DNA of 64,000 bases from an uncultured delta proteobacterium (lineage in GTDB: Bacteria > Desulfobacterota > Syntrophia > Syntrophales > UBA2192), in contig CAVPJD010000011.1 of the NCBI GenBank assembly GCA_963705165.1, positions 32,001-96,000 of the forward strand. The letters are read 5' to 3'. This document shows, piece after piece, positions 41,357 to 50,365 of this stretch. Numbering within the stretch: the first letter of the stretch is position 1; every line of letters begins with the position of its first letter. The translations under genes and the position numbers were made by a program. Under the pieces are notes generated by a model, which did not search any database, was not told the origin of the DNA, and worked only from the letters and a program-made list of their open reading frames with translations.

Positions 41357-41548
41357 GGCATGAGACATGCCATGAAGGAAAACGGGGAGCGCAAATACAT
41401 ATTGCCTCATAATATCGACTACTTAAAAACATCTGGATCTGCGAGCGGCCGGCCGTATGCCGAGCCCCTGGCTGTGCCGAAATGGCACAGCATCGCAATT
41501 ATGGCCGCAGAATCAATATCTTTCACAGGGCTGTCCCAAAAAGGCACA
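41357..41548 (-). promoter_or_regulatory. sigma54-type promoter plus two palindromic enhancer-like boxes
   Basis: TGGCAT-GTCTC-ATGCC (41357-41372); TGTGCCGAAATGGCACA (41473-41489) and TGTCCCAAAAAGGCACA (41532-41548). Confidence 0.6.
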
Positions 41549-41761
41549 GTCCGTCTTATGCTGGCGGCACCGGACAGGGAATGAGCATTGTTGAAAGGAA
41601 GGGGCCTCTGCAGAACGGCGACGAAGAGACCGGAAAACCGTTTATCGACGAGAAGGGATGAGCAAGCAAGGAGGAGCGCCGGAACAATCCGATGAAGATC
41701 CTTCGAATCGGTGACGCTAGCAAGACGGTTTCGGCATGCGATAAAAAATTGGCCTTTAAAA

Positions 41762-41794
41762 AAGAAGGGCCGGGAGCATGCTCCCGGCCCTTTT
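41762..41794 (-). terminator. Terminator downstream of tRNA-Ala
   Basis: aagaagggccgggagcatgctcccggccctttt. Confidence 0.75.
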
Positions 41795-41817
41795 CTCATC
41801 GGCTGGCAGGCAAAAAA

Positions 41818-41893
41818 TGGTGGAGATGAGGGGGGTCGAACCCCTGGCCTCCGCATTGCGAACGCGGCGCTCTCCCAACTGAGCTACATCCCC
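41818..41893 (-). tRNA. tRNA-Ala (anticodon CGC)
   Basis: GGGGATGTAGCTCAGTTGGGAGAGCG...TT-CGC-AA...GGTTCGA...CTCCACCA, 76 nt. Confidence 0.95.
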
Positions 41894-42037
41894 ACTTTTT
41901 GCCCAACTATCTAAAAGAAGGTACGTTTATACACCAGCAGCAAATATACTGTCAAGGACTTGTTCGGCAGCTTTAGGGGCACAGAACTTGCAGAATTGCT
42001 TCTCGGTTTTGCGATTTTCCTGGAAGGGGATTAACCT

Positions 42038-43111
42038 ATGGCAAGAATCGACGACCTGTTCGCCCTGCAGCACGACCGGGGCGCCTCCGACCTTCACCTC
42101 TTCGCCGGCTCGCCTCCGGCCCTGCGTGTGCGCGGCGACATGGAAAAGATCGCCGACGAGTCCCTCGACGACGAGGAGCTGCGGGAGATGCTCTTCGAGA
42201 TCCTCACCCCCGGGCAGCGCCAGGAAATCGAGGAGACGGGAGATCTGGACTTCGGCTACGAGGTCAGCGGCATCGCCCGCTACCGCTGCAATTACTTCAA
42301 GCAGAAAAACGGCATCGGCGCCGTCTTCCGCGAAATCCCCTCGACGATTCTCACAGTCGATCAGCTGGGGCTCCCCCAGGTCCTGAAACAGCTTGCCATG
42401 CTGCCGCGCGGCCTCGTACTCCTTACGGGCCCCACGGGAAGCGGCAAGTCGACGACGCTTGCGGCCATCATCGAGCACGCCAACGCGAATCGCAAGTGCC
42501 ACATCATCACGATCGAGGACCCCATCGAGTTCGTGCACCACCCCAAGCAGTGCATCGTCAACCACCGCGAGGTGGAAAGCCACACGCAGTCCTTCGCCAA
42601 GGCGCTCAGAGCGGCCCTGCGCGAGGACCCCGATATCATCCTCGTCGGCGAAATGCGCGACCTGGAGACAACGATGCTCGCCATCGAGGCGGCCAACACG
42701 GGCCACCTGGTCCTGTCCACCATGCACACCATGGGGGCCACGCGGACGATCGACCGCATCGTCGATATGTTCCCGGCGGACCAGCAGTCCCAGATCCGGA
42801 CGTCGCTTTCGGAATCCCTCAAGGGAGTCATGTCCCAGTCCCTCTTCAAGCGCGCGGACAAGCCGGGCCGGATCGCGGCCCTGGAGATTCTGCTGGTGAC
42901 GCCCGCGGCGGCAAACCTCATACGCGAGCAGAAGACCTATCAGCTGATGACGGTCATCCAGACGGGAAGGCGGCTGGGAATGGTCTCTCTCGACGATGCC
43001 ATCGCCGATCTGCTGCAGAGACGCCTGATCAGCCCCGAGGAGGCCTTCGAAAAGGCCGTGGAAAAGGACCGCTTCGCAAAACTCCTCAAAACCCCTCCGC
43101 CTGATTTCTAA
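42038..43111 (+). CDS. pilT: Type IV pilus retraction ATPase PilT family
   Basis: ASDLHL, GPTGSGKSTT, TIEDPIE, ALREDPD, GEMRD, TGHL..TMH. Confidence 0.92.
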   Translation: MARIDDLFALQHDRGASDLHLFAGSPPALRVRGDMEKIADESLDDEELREMLFEILTPGQRQEIEETGDLDFGYEVSGIARYRCNYFKQKNGIGAVFREIPSTILTVDQLGLPQVLKQLAMLPRGLVLLTGPTGSGKSTTLAAIIEHANANRKCHIITIEDPIEFVHHPKQCIVNHREVESHTQSFAKALRAALREDPDIILVGEMRDLETTMLAIEAANTGHLVLSTMHTMGATRTIDRIVDMFPADQQSQIRTSLSESLKGVMSQSLFKRADKPGRIAALEILLVTPAAANLIREQKTYQLMTVIQTGRRLGMVSLDDAIADLLQRRLISPEEAFEKAVEKDRFAKLLKTPPPDF

Positions 43112-44069
43112 GGGTCTCGAGGATGTTTTTTGCCTCGTCGATGCGCCCGCAGGAGTTGAGGGCATCGGCGAGGGAGAGCTTGTAAAAGGCATTGACCGGA
43201 TCAGCCGCGCCCGCCCGACGGAAGGCATCGACCGCCTCGGGGGCGCGGTTTTCTTTCATCAGCGTGTTGCCCAGCCGGTTGTAGGAAGTCCCCTCGAAAG
43301 CGGGGTTGACGCGAACAGCCTCGCCGTAGGACCGGAAAGCATCGTCGACCCGCCCCAGCTTCACCAGGGCATCCCCCAGGTCACAGCGGAAAATCGGCTC
43401 CTCGCCTGATGCCTCGACGGCCCTGAGAAATGCGCTTTCGGCCCGCTCGAAGGCGCCGGCCTGCATGCAGGCGTGGCCCATCTTGTTCAGAAAGACCCCC
43501 GCCTTGCCCGGGAAGTCGTGTTCGATGGCCTGCCGGTAGGACGCCTCCGCCTCTTCGAAACGGCTGCTCGCGATGAGGGCATTGCCCATGGCTGCATGGT
43601 ACTGTGAGGAATCGGGCTCTTCAGCCAGGAGCCCCTGGAAGATCTTACTCGCCTTTTCGGCCCGACCTGCCCTCAGATAGGCATCGCCCAGGGTGTAGAG
43701 CAGCGCCAGGTCCTTCGACTGGACGGCCACGGCCCGTTCGCAGATATCCACGAGCCGGTCGTGCTGCTTCATCTCGCGAAAGAGCCGCACCAGCTCGTCG
43801 TAGGCAAACCCCGTGAATACTCTCCTCGCCAGCTCCTTCTGGAAAAGCTTCTCGAACTGGGCCACGGCCTCCTCGACCTCGCCGTTGTCCTTGAGGGCCC
43901 AGGCCATGCACAGCACGAAGGAGTCCATGTCGGGCTTCATCTCGATGAGCTGCCGGTAGACGGCGATCGCCTCGGGGTAGCGCTTCTCCTTCATGTAGAG
44001 CTGCGCCATTGACTCGTACTGTTCGGTGCCGTTCTGTTCGGTGACGTTCTCTTCAGTCATCTCTCGCAT
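43086..44069 (-). CDS. Tetratricopeptide repeat protein
   Basis: Multiple TPR consensus repeats (LG.A...G..EEA...Y..A....P). Confidence 0.85.
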   Translation of the reverse strand: MREMTEENVTEQNGTEQYESMAQLYMKEKRYPEAIAVYRQLIEMKPDMDSFVLCMAWALKDNGEVEEAVAQFEKLFQKELARRVFTGFAYDELVRLFREMKQHDRLVDICERAVAVQSKDLALLYTLGDAYLRAGRAEKASKIFQGLLAEEPDSSQYHAAMGNALIASSRFEEAEASYRQAIEHDFPGKAGVFLNKMGHACMQAGAFERAESAFLRAVEASGEEPIFRCDLGDALVKLGRVDDAFRSYGEAVRVNPAFEGTSYNRLGNTLMKENRAPEAVDAFRRAGAADPVNAFYKLSLADALNSCGRIDEAKNILETLRNQAEGF

Positions 44070-44198
44070 CCTTTAACGCATCATGTGCCTTGCGGCTTCC
44101 CGGAGCGCCCCGCGGGGCGCTCCGGGCAACCTATAACCCGTATCCCCCATCGATGCAATCCCGAAAGTTCTCTTCCGGACCGCTAGGCATTTTTGCTG

Positions 44199-44244
44199 TT
44201 GACAGGAGCCTTTCAAATAACTATATAGCTATTTAGCAATATAG
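44199..44244 (+). promoter_or_regulatory. sigma70 promoter and putative ArsR operator, copy 1
   Basis: TTGACA-17-TATATA overlapping an imperfect palindrome. Confidence 0.7.
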
Positions 44245-44256
44245 CGAGGTGCTGCC

Positions 44257-44682
44257 GTGAAGGATTTTATCCGGGTTATGAAAGCCCTGTCGGACCCCAA
44301 CCGGGTCAAGGTCGTGAAGATGCTCCAGCAGAAGGAGATGTGCGTCTGCGAGATCCAGTTCGCCCTGGGGCTCGCCCAGCCGACGGTGTCCAAGCACCTG
44401 AAGGTGCTCGAGGAAGCCGGGCTTGTCCAATCGAAGAAGGCCGGGCTCTGGGTCAACTATTCCTTGAGCGGCGGTGGCGGCAGTCCCTATGCGGCAAGTC
44501 TTCTGGGCAACCTGAAGCACTGGATCGAGACCGATTCCGAAATTAAAGCCCTGCGGGAATACATTCCCGGACTGCAGAAAGAATTGGTCCGGCGAAAACG
44601 GGCCCCCTCGACAGAAATGCGGCAGAAAACTAAAAATGTGACGGACGTCGCCTCTTCGGAAAGGCGGGAAAGACATGATTGA
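44257..44682 (+). CDS. arsR: ArsR/SmtB repressor, copy 1
   Basis: ALSDPNR, EMCVCEI As(III)-type site, QPTVSKHL. Confidence 0.92.
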   Translation: MKDFIRVMKALSDPNRVKVVKMLQQKEMCVCEIQFALGLAQPTVSKHLKVLEEAGLVQSKKAGLWVNYSLSGGGGSPYAASLLGNLKHWIETDSEIKALREYIPGLQKELVRRKRAPSTEMRQKTKNVTDVASSERRERHD

Positions 44683-45721
44683 AGAACTCTTTTTCGCGGG
44701 AATTTTTGCAATAAAGGACTATGTGGCAACCCACGTACTCACATGCCTCCTGCCGGCATTCCTTTTGGCCGGCGCGATGGTCGCTTTCATCAACCAGGAG
44801 GCCATTCTCAGTCATCTGGGCGCGAAGGCCAACAAGGCAAAATCATTTTCCCTGGCGAGTCTCGCCAGCTTCTTCATTGCCGCCTGCTCCTGCACGGTCA
44901 TCCCCGTATCGGCAGGCCTTTACTTCAGCGGCGCCGCCATCGGCGTGGCCTTCATCATCCTCTGGGTGGCACCGTCAGCCAACATCCTGTCACTCATCTA
45001 CACTGGTAACATCCTGGGCCCTGAAATCGTCGTAGCCCGTGTCATCGCCTCCCTTTTGATGGCCTTTGTGGTCGGTTGGGTTATGACCCTCGTCTTTCGC
45101 AACGAAGTCCGGGAAGACATCGTGACAACAAGTGCTGAAACCGGCGGCAAGATCATCTCCCGGAAACAGGTGATCCTGCTTTTTCTCATTCTCGTTTCCC
45201 TCCTGGCACCCAACTACATCGGCCAGACAGGACCTTACTGGGTGAAAGTCGTCATCTGGGGCGTCGCCATGATCGTCCTGTTTGCCTACGCGCTGAAAAT
45301 GTTCACGAAAGACGAGATCAAGAGATGGCTTCGCGAGACCTGGTGGTTCATCAAACTGATTTTCCCTCTTCTTCTTGTGGGCGTTTTTCTCGTCGGTGTG
45401 CTGGGCAAATTGCTTCCCGAGGATTGGATCAAAACCTGGCTTGGTGGAAACAGTGTTACGGCTTCCTTCATCGCCACTCTCATCGGGGCCGTCAGCTACT
45501 TCGCCACCATGACAGAGGCCCCCTTCGTGGACACGCTCATGAAGCTGGGCATGGGAAAGGGCCCGGCGCTGGCATTGCTTCTGACCGGTCCGGGGCTCAG
45601 CCTGCCTAACTGGATCGCCATTGCCCGGGTCTTCGGGGTGAAGAAGTCCTTCGTTTATGTAATCACGATCATTATCCTCGGGACCTTTGTCGGCTGGTTC
45701 TTCGGCAACTTTATCCTATAA
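44675..45721 (+). CDS. ArsP/DUF318-family permease 1
   Basis: HVLTCLLPAF, ACSCTVIP, YFATMTE, GPGLSLP. Confidence 0.85.
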   Translation: MIEELFFAGIFAIKDYVATHVLTCLLPAFLLAGAMVAFINQEAILSHLGAKANKAKSFSLASLASFFIAACSCTVIPVSAGLYFSGAAIGVAFIILWVAPSANILSLIYTGNILGPEIVVARVIASLLMAFVVGWVMTLVFRNEVREDIVTTSAETGGKIISRKQVILLFLILVSLLAPNYIGQTGPYWVKVVIWGVAMIVLFAYALKMFTKDEIKRWLRETWWFIKLIFPLLLVGVFLVGVLGKLLPEDWIKTWLGGNSVTASFIATLIGAVSYFATMTEAPFVDTLMKLGMGKGPALALLLTGPGLSLPNWIAIARVFGVKKSFVYVITIIILGTFVGWFFGNFIL

Positions 45722-45817
45722 CCCATGCGAAAAAAGCGGTCGAAAACCGTCTATTTGCAGGAAGAATTCTGGTTGAGTGCCTAAAGGATGCCCCGGGACG
45801 GCGGGGCATTTTCCCCA

Positions 45818-45863
45818 TTGACAGGGGCCCACAAAATCACTATATAGCCATACGAAAATATAA
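45818..45863 (+). promoter_or_regulatory. sigma70 promoter/operator, copy 2
   Basis: TTGACA-17-TATATA, homologous to the site at 44199. Confidence 0.7.
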
Positions 45864-45875
45864 AGGAGTGCCGCC

Positions 45876-46226
45876 GTGAAGGACTTCATCCGGGTCATGA
45901 AGGCCCTGTCGGACCCTAACCGGGTCAAGGTCGTCAAGATGCTTCAGCAGAAGGAGATGTGCGTCTGCGAGATCCAGTTCGCCCTGGGGCTCGCCCAGCC
46001 GACGGTGTCGAAGCACCTGAAGGTGCTCGAGGACGCGGGCCTTGTCCAGTTTAGGAAATCCGGACTTTGGGTCAACTACTCCCTGAGCGGCGGTGGCGGC
46101 AGTCCCTACGCGGCCACCCTGCTGGGAAACCTCAAGCACTGGCTGGGCGATGACCCGGATATCCGTAGAATTGCAGAGTCTCTTCCCGCGATCCAGCGCG
46201 AGATCATCGTCCGGAAAAAAGCCTGA
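45876..46226 (+). CDS. arsR: ArsR/SmtB repressor, copy 2
   Basis: Nearly identical to copy 1 over the first ~90 aa. Confidence 0.92.
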   Translation: MKDFIRVMKALSDPNRVKVVKMLQQKEMCVCEIQFALGLAQPTVSKHLKVLEDAGLVQFRKSGLWVNYSLSGGGGSPYAATLLGNLKHWLGDDPDIRRIAESLPAIQREIIVRKKA

Positions 46227-46285
46227 CCAGCCATATTTCCCATTGGAGATATTTCGATCGCCATCACAAAACGAGGAAGGCTGTC

Positions 46286-47458
46286 ATGAAAGAATGGATC
46301 AAGCTATTAATCATCGTTTCTGGTTTCCTGGCCGCGTACTATGTTCCCTGGGACCATGCCGTCATCCGGCAATCGGGCCTCGAGGCCTTCATGATGCTCC
46401 AGGACTATGCCCGTGAGCATGTCCTGACCTGTCTCATCCCGGCCTTCTTCATTGCCGGGGCCATTGCTGCCTTCGTCTCCCAGGCATCCGTTTTGAAGTA
46501 CTTTGGAGCCAAGGCCAACAAGATCCTTTCCTATTCCGTGGCCTCCGTCTCTGGGACCGTCCTCGCCGTCTGCTCCTGCACGGTATTGCCCCTCTTTGCC
46601 GGAATCCACACGCGGGGCGCCGGGATCGGACCGGCGACGGCCTTTCTCTATTCAGGACCGGCCATCAACGTGCTGGCCATCATCCTGACGGCCAGGGTCC
46701 TGGGCTGGCAGATCGGCCTGGCCCGGGCTGTCGGCGCCGTCGTCTTCTCCGTCGTCGCGGGCCTAGCCATGGCCTACATCTTCCGCAAGGAGGACGCCGC
46801 TCGCGACACGGGGGATTTCATCCTTCCGGAAGAGGACGTCAAGCAGAGGTCCCTGACGCAGGAAGCCTTCTATCTGCTGACCATGGTCCTGATCCTCATC
46901 TTTGCGGCCTTTGCAAGGCCCGCACAGGGCGAAACCGGTTTCTGGCCCTTCATTTTCAGTATCAAGTGGTACATCACGGCCGCCCTGCTGATTGTCCTCG
47001 GGATCGAGCTGAAGCTGTGGTTCACCAGAAGTGAACTCACGTACTGGATGGAGACGACCTGGCTGTTCGTGAAACAAATCGTTCCCCTGCTGGCCGGAGG
47101 TGTACTCATAGCAGGGTTCCTCCTGGGCCGCCCGGGCTACGAGGCCCTGATTCCGGAGCACTACATCCATGATCTTGTGGGGGGAAACTCCCTCTGGGCC
47201 AACTTCTTCGCTGCCATCGCCGGGGCCTTCATGTACTTTGCAACCCTGACGGAGGTGCCCATCCTCCAGGGACTCATCGGGTCCGGCATGGGACAGGGGC
47301 CGGCACTGGCCCTCCTTCTGGCGGGCCCGGCTTTATCCCTGCCCAGCATGATTGCCCTTGCGGGGATCATGGGGGTCAAAAAGACCTTCACGTACTGCAC
47401 GATCGTGGTGGTGCTGGCCACGATAACCGGCATCGGCTACGGCTGGCTTGTGGGGTAG
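46286..47458 (+). CDS. ArsP/DUF318-family permease 2
   Basis: EHVLTCLIPAF, VCSCTVLP, YFATLTEVP, GPALSLP. Confidence 0.88.
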   Translation: MKEWIKLLIIVSGFLAAYYVPWDHAVIRQSGLEAFMMLQDYAREHVLTCLIPAFFIAGAIAAFVSQASVLKYFGAKANKILSYSVASVSGTVLAVCSCTVLPLFAGIHTRGAGIGPATAFLYSGPAINVLAIILTARVLGWQIGLARAVGAVVFSVVAGLAMAYIFRKEDAARDTGDFILPEEDVKQRSLTQEAFYLLTMVLILIFAAFARPAQGETGFWPFIFSIKWYITAALLIVLGIELKLWFTRSELTYWMETTWLFVKQIVPLLAGGVLIAGFLLGRPGYEALIPEHYIHDLVGGNSLWANFFAAIAGAFMYFATLTEVPILQGLIGSGMGQGPALALLLAGPALSLPSMIALAGIMGVKKTFTYCTIVVVLATITGIGYGWLVG

Positions 47459-47472
47459 CCAAAGGGGGGAAT

Positions 47473-48393
47473 ATGTTCAGAAAGATCCTTTATGTCACCG
47501 CTTTTGAGAAGTTTTATCAGGATGTCCTTTCCTGCGCGCTGAGCCTTCAAAAAGCAGGTGCTGAGGAAGTCGTCTTGCTTCATGTCATCTACTCCACTCA
47601 GCTCCCGAAGTCGCACGAGGAATACGTCCTGAAGCTTGCAGAAACGTTGAGAAATCTCTTGAGCGACCGTATGGACGAGGCGGCTGCGCTGGTCGAAGCG
47701 GCCGGCATGAAGGCAAAAAAGCGGATAGAACTCGGGGTCCCGTATCAGGAAATCCTGCGTGTGGCGAAAGAAGAGAACGTTTCGCTCATCGTGGCGGGCA
47801 GGGAGCGAAAAGGGTTTCTCGACGAAGTCTTTGTCGGCTCGATCACGGACAAAATCATTCGCCATGGCACAACACCGGTGTATATCCCGAAATACCCCGG
47901 CACATACGGCGCCGATGAGAAAACCTGCGAGGCCTTCAGCCGGAACCCCTTCCGGAAGATCCTCTACCCCACCGACTGGTCGGACTGCGCCCGGGAAGCC
48001 CTCGACTATGTTAAGCAGTTCAAGACCGCCGGCGTCGGAGAGGTCATCGTCGCCCATATCATGGACGCGAAGGCCATGAAGCTTCAGCCGGAAGAGAAGT
48101 TCCGGGAATTCGAGCGGATCGACGAGGAGAAACTGGCCGAAGTGAAGGAGCAGTTGGAAAATGAGGGCATGAAGGTGAGCACCCGCCTCTGTGTCGGAAA
48201 TCCAAGGACCGCGCTGATCACGCTGGCAAAAACGGCGGATGTGTCCCTCATCATTATGGGAACCCACGGCAAGGGCCGCACCGAAGGAATCCTCTGGGGC
48301 TCCGTTTCGCGGAATGTAGCGGAATACAGCGAAAGACCCGTCTTGCTGATCAAGGGCGGGAAGTGCATCAGCGGAGGGAAGACTACAGCATAA
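47473..48393 (+). CDS. Tandem universal stress protein
   Basis: Two USP domains (ILY.T.F...LIV.G...GS). Confidence 0.9.
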   Translation: MFRKILYVTAFEKFYQDVLSCALSLQKAGAEEVVLLHVIYSTQLPKSHEEYVLKLAETLRNLLSDRMDEAAALVEAAGMKAKKRIELGVPYQEILRVAKEENVSLIVAGRERKGFLDEVFVGSITDKIIRHGTTPVYIPKYPGTYGADEKTCEAFSRNPFRKILYPTDWSDCAREALDYVKQFKTAGVGEVIVAHIMDAKAMKLQPEEKFREFERIDEEKLAEVKEQLENEGMKVSTRLCVGNPRTALITLAKTADVSLIIMGTHGKGRTEGILWGSVSRNVAEYSERPVLLIKGGKCISGGKTTA

Positions 48394-48586
48394 AAACAAT
48401 TGCGTTTTCCTCTGCGAAACGAGAGCTCGGACTTCTGCCCGGTCTAAGCCGTTGCTTTTCCCGACAATAGGAAGAGACCGGGGGATTGCTGAGAAGGACG
48501 TTGTCCGAGCAGTACCCAAAAAGATAATCTCCGTGAAATTAAACAATGATTGAAACGGCCAATTTCAGAGAAAGAAAGGAGGAAAA

Positions 48587-48829
48587 ATGAAGATCATTGT
48601 CGCAGGACCGGGATGTGGCAGATGCCATGCCACGGAAAAGAATGTCAAAGAAGCCGCCAAGGCGCTGAACCTCCAGGCCGACATAACCCACGAATTCGAT
48701 GTGAAAGGCTTTCGAAGTCTCGGCGTCAAGGTGACTCCGGCGGTCCTCGTGGACGGGAAAATCGTTGTGTCGGGACATATTCCGACCGTCGATGAGTTGA
48801 AGGAATTGCTGGCTTCAGCAAAAGGTTAG
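48587..48829 (+). CDS. Small redox-active disulfide protein (MTH895/Thioredoxin_3)
   Basis: GPGCGRC, GVKVTPAVLVDG. Confidence 0.88.
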   Translation: MKIIVAGPGCGRCHATEKNVKEAAKALNLQADITHEFDVKGFRSLGVKVTPAVLVDGKIVVSGHIPTVDELKELLASAKG

Positions 48830-48922
48830 ACGGGCAGACAACAGGCGTATGCGGTCATCATACATCGAACGCTCACAGGATCACTGCGGCCATCGAAGAG
48901 TCGCGGAAAGGGGGACATTACA

Positions 48923-50212
48923 ATGAGAGATGTAGTCATCGTCAGCGGCGCGAGGACCGCAGTGGGGACTTTCGGCTGTTCATTGAAAGACCTGAAGGCA
49001 GCCGAGCTCGGCGCGATTGCCATCAAGGAGGCAGTCAAGCGGGCCGGGCTGCGTCCCATCGCGTCGGATTTCGTCAAGGAGTGCCGGCCCGACGCCCTGG
49101 GAAAATTCGACATGACGGATTTCCAGAAGAAGTACTACACCTTCGATGCGTCAGCGAAACCCGTTTACTTCGATGAAGTGATCATGGGAAACGTGCTGCT
49201 GGCCGGCCAGGGCATGAACCCCGGCAGACAGGCCTGTCTCTTCGCGGGGCTTCCCGAGGAGACCAACGCCGTCACCGTCAACAAGGTCTGCGGCTCAGGC
49301 CTGAAAGCAATCGCCTTCGGGGCCCAGGCCATCAAGGCGGGCGATGCCGAGATCGTAATCAGCGGCGGCATGGAGAGCATGAGCAATGCCCCCTACGCGC
49401 TGCCTAATGCCCGGTGGGGCTACCGGATGAACATGCCCAACGGCGCCGTGACGGATCTCATGGTCTATGACGGCCTCTGGGAGTTCTTCTACAACTATCA
49501 CATGGGGAACACGGCCGAGGACATCGCGAAGCTCTACAAGATCTCCAAGCAGGAGCAGGACGAGTTTGCCTTCATGAGCCACCAGCGGGCCCGCGCGGCC
49601 ATCGCGAGCGGCGCCACGGCCGATGAGATCGTGCCTGTCGTCATCCCGCAGAAGAAGGGTGACCCGATTGTCTTCAAGGTGGACGAGAGGCCCATGGACA
49701 CGACCCTCGAGAAGATGGCCAAGATGGCGCCGGCCTTCAAGAAGGACGGCACCGTGACGGCCGGTAACGCCTCGGGGATCAACGACGCGGCGGCAGCGGT
49801 GGTACTGATGAGCGCGGAAAAGGCCAAGGAGCTGGGTCTCAAACCTCTGGCCAAAATCCTGGGCTACGAAAAGGGCGGTGTGGACCCGGCCTACATGGGC
49901 CTCGGCCCGATCCCAGCCACTAGAAAACTCTTCAAGAAATTAGGGCTGACCATCAAGGATATCGATTTGGTCGAGCTCAACGAGGCCTTCGCCGTCCAGG
50001 CCCTGGCCTGCATGAGGGAACTGGGAATCGTCAAGGAGAAGTGCAACCTGCTGGGCGGAGGCGTCTCCATCGGCCACCCCATCGGCTGCACGGGCACCAG
50101 GCTCGTTTACAGCCTGGCCATGCAACTCAAGAAGAGCGGCAAGAAGCGCGGCCTCGCGTCACTGTGCATCGGCGGCGGGCAGGGTTTCTCGATGGTCCTC
50201 GAAAGCGTATAA
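48923..50212 (+). CDS. Acetyl-CoA acetyltransferase (thiolase)
   Basis: NKVCGSG, NEAF, GHPIG, LCIGGG catalytic motifs. Confidence 0.95.
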   Translation: MRDVVIVSGARTAVGTFGCSLKDLKAAELGAIAIKEAVKRAGLRPIASDFVKECRPDALGKFDMTDFQKKYYTFDASAKPVYFDEVIMGNVLLAGQGMNPGRQACLFAGLPEETNAVTVNKVCGSGLKAIAFGAQAIKAGDAEIVISGGMESMSNAPYALPNARWGYRMNMPNGAVTDLMVYDGLWEFFYNYHMGNTAEDIAKLYKISKQEQDEFAFMSHQRARAAIASGATADEIVPVVIPQKKGDPIVFKVDERPMDTTLEKMAKMAPAFKKDGTVTAGNASGINDAAAAVVLMSAEKAKELGLKPLAKILGYEKGGVDPAYMGLGPIPATRKLFKKLGLTIKDIDLVELNEAFAVQALACMRELGIVKEKCNLLGGGVSIGHPIGCTGTRLVYSLAMQLKKSGKKRGLASLCIGGGQGFSMVLESV

Positions 50213-50365
50213 TATCGTGTCCGGTCGATTCCAGAGGGGGAAGCGGCAGTGAGCACTTCCCCCTCTCATTGACCCGCGGCCGGGAATGGGTTATGCCCTT
50301 GAGCCGCGCAGCGGCATTTTCGTCGGAGCGGTCACGGAAAATTTCAATTCAGGAGAACGCGGACA

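Noticed and set aside
29750..41893. Integrative island at the tRNA-Ala 3' end
   Set aside because: No integrase and no duplicated tRNA 3' end found in the window.
48400..48500. Possible c-di-GMP-I riboswitch (contains ccggtctaag and a GAAA)
   Set aside because: Lacks the GGCAAA/CGCAAA core motifs; only a generic cccggtct/agaccggg hairpin is supported.
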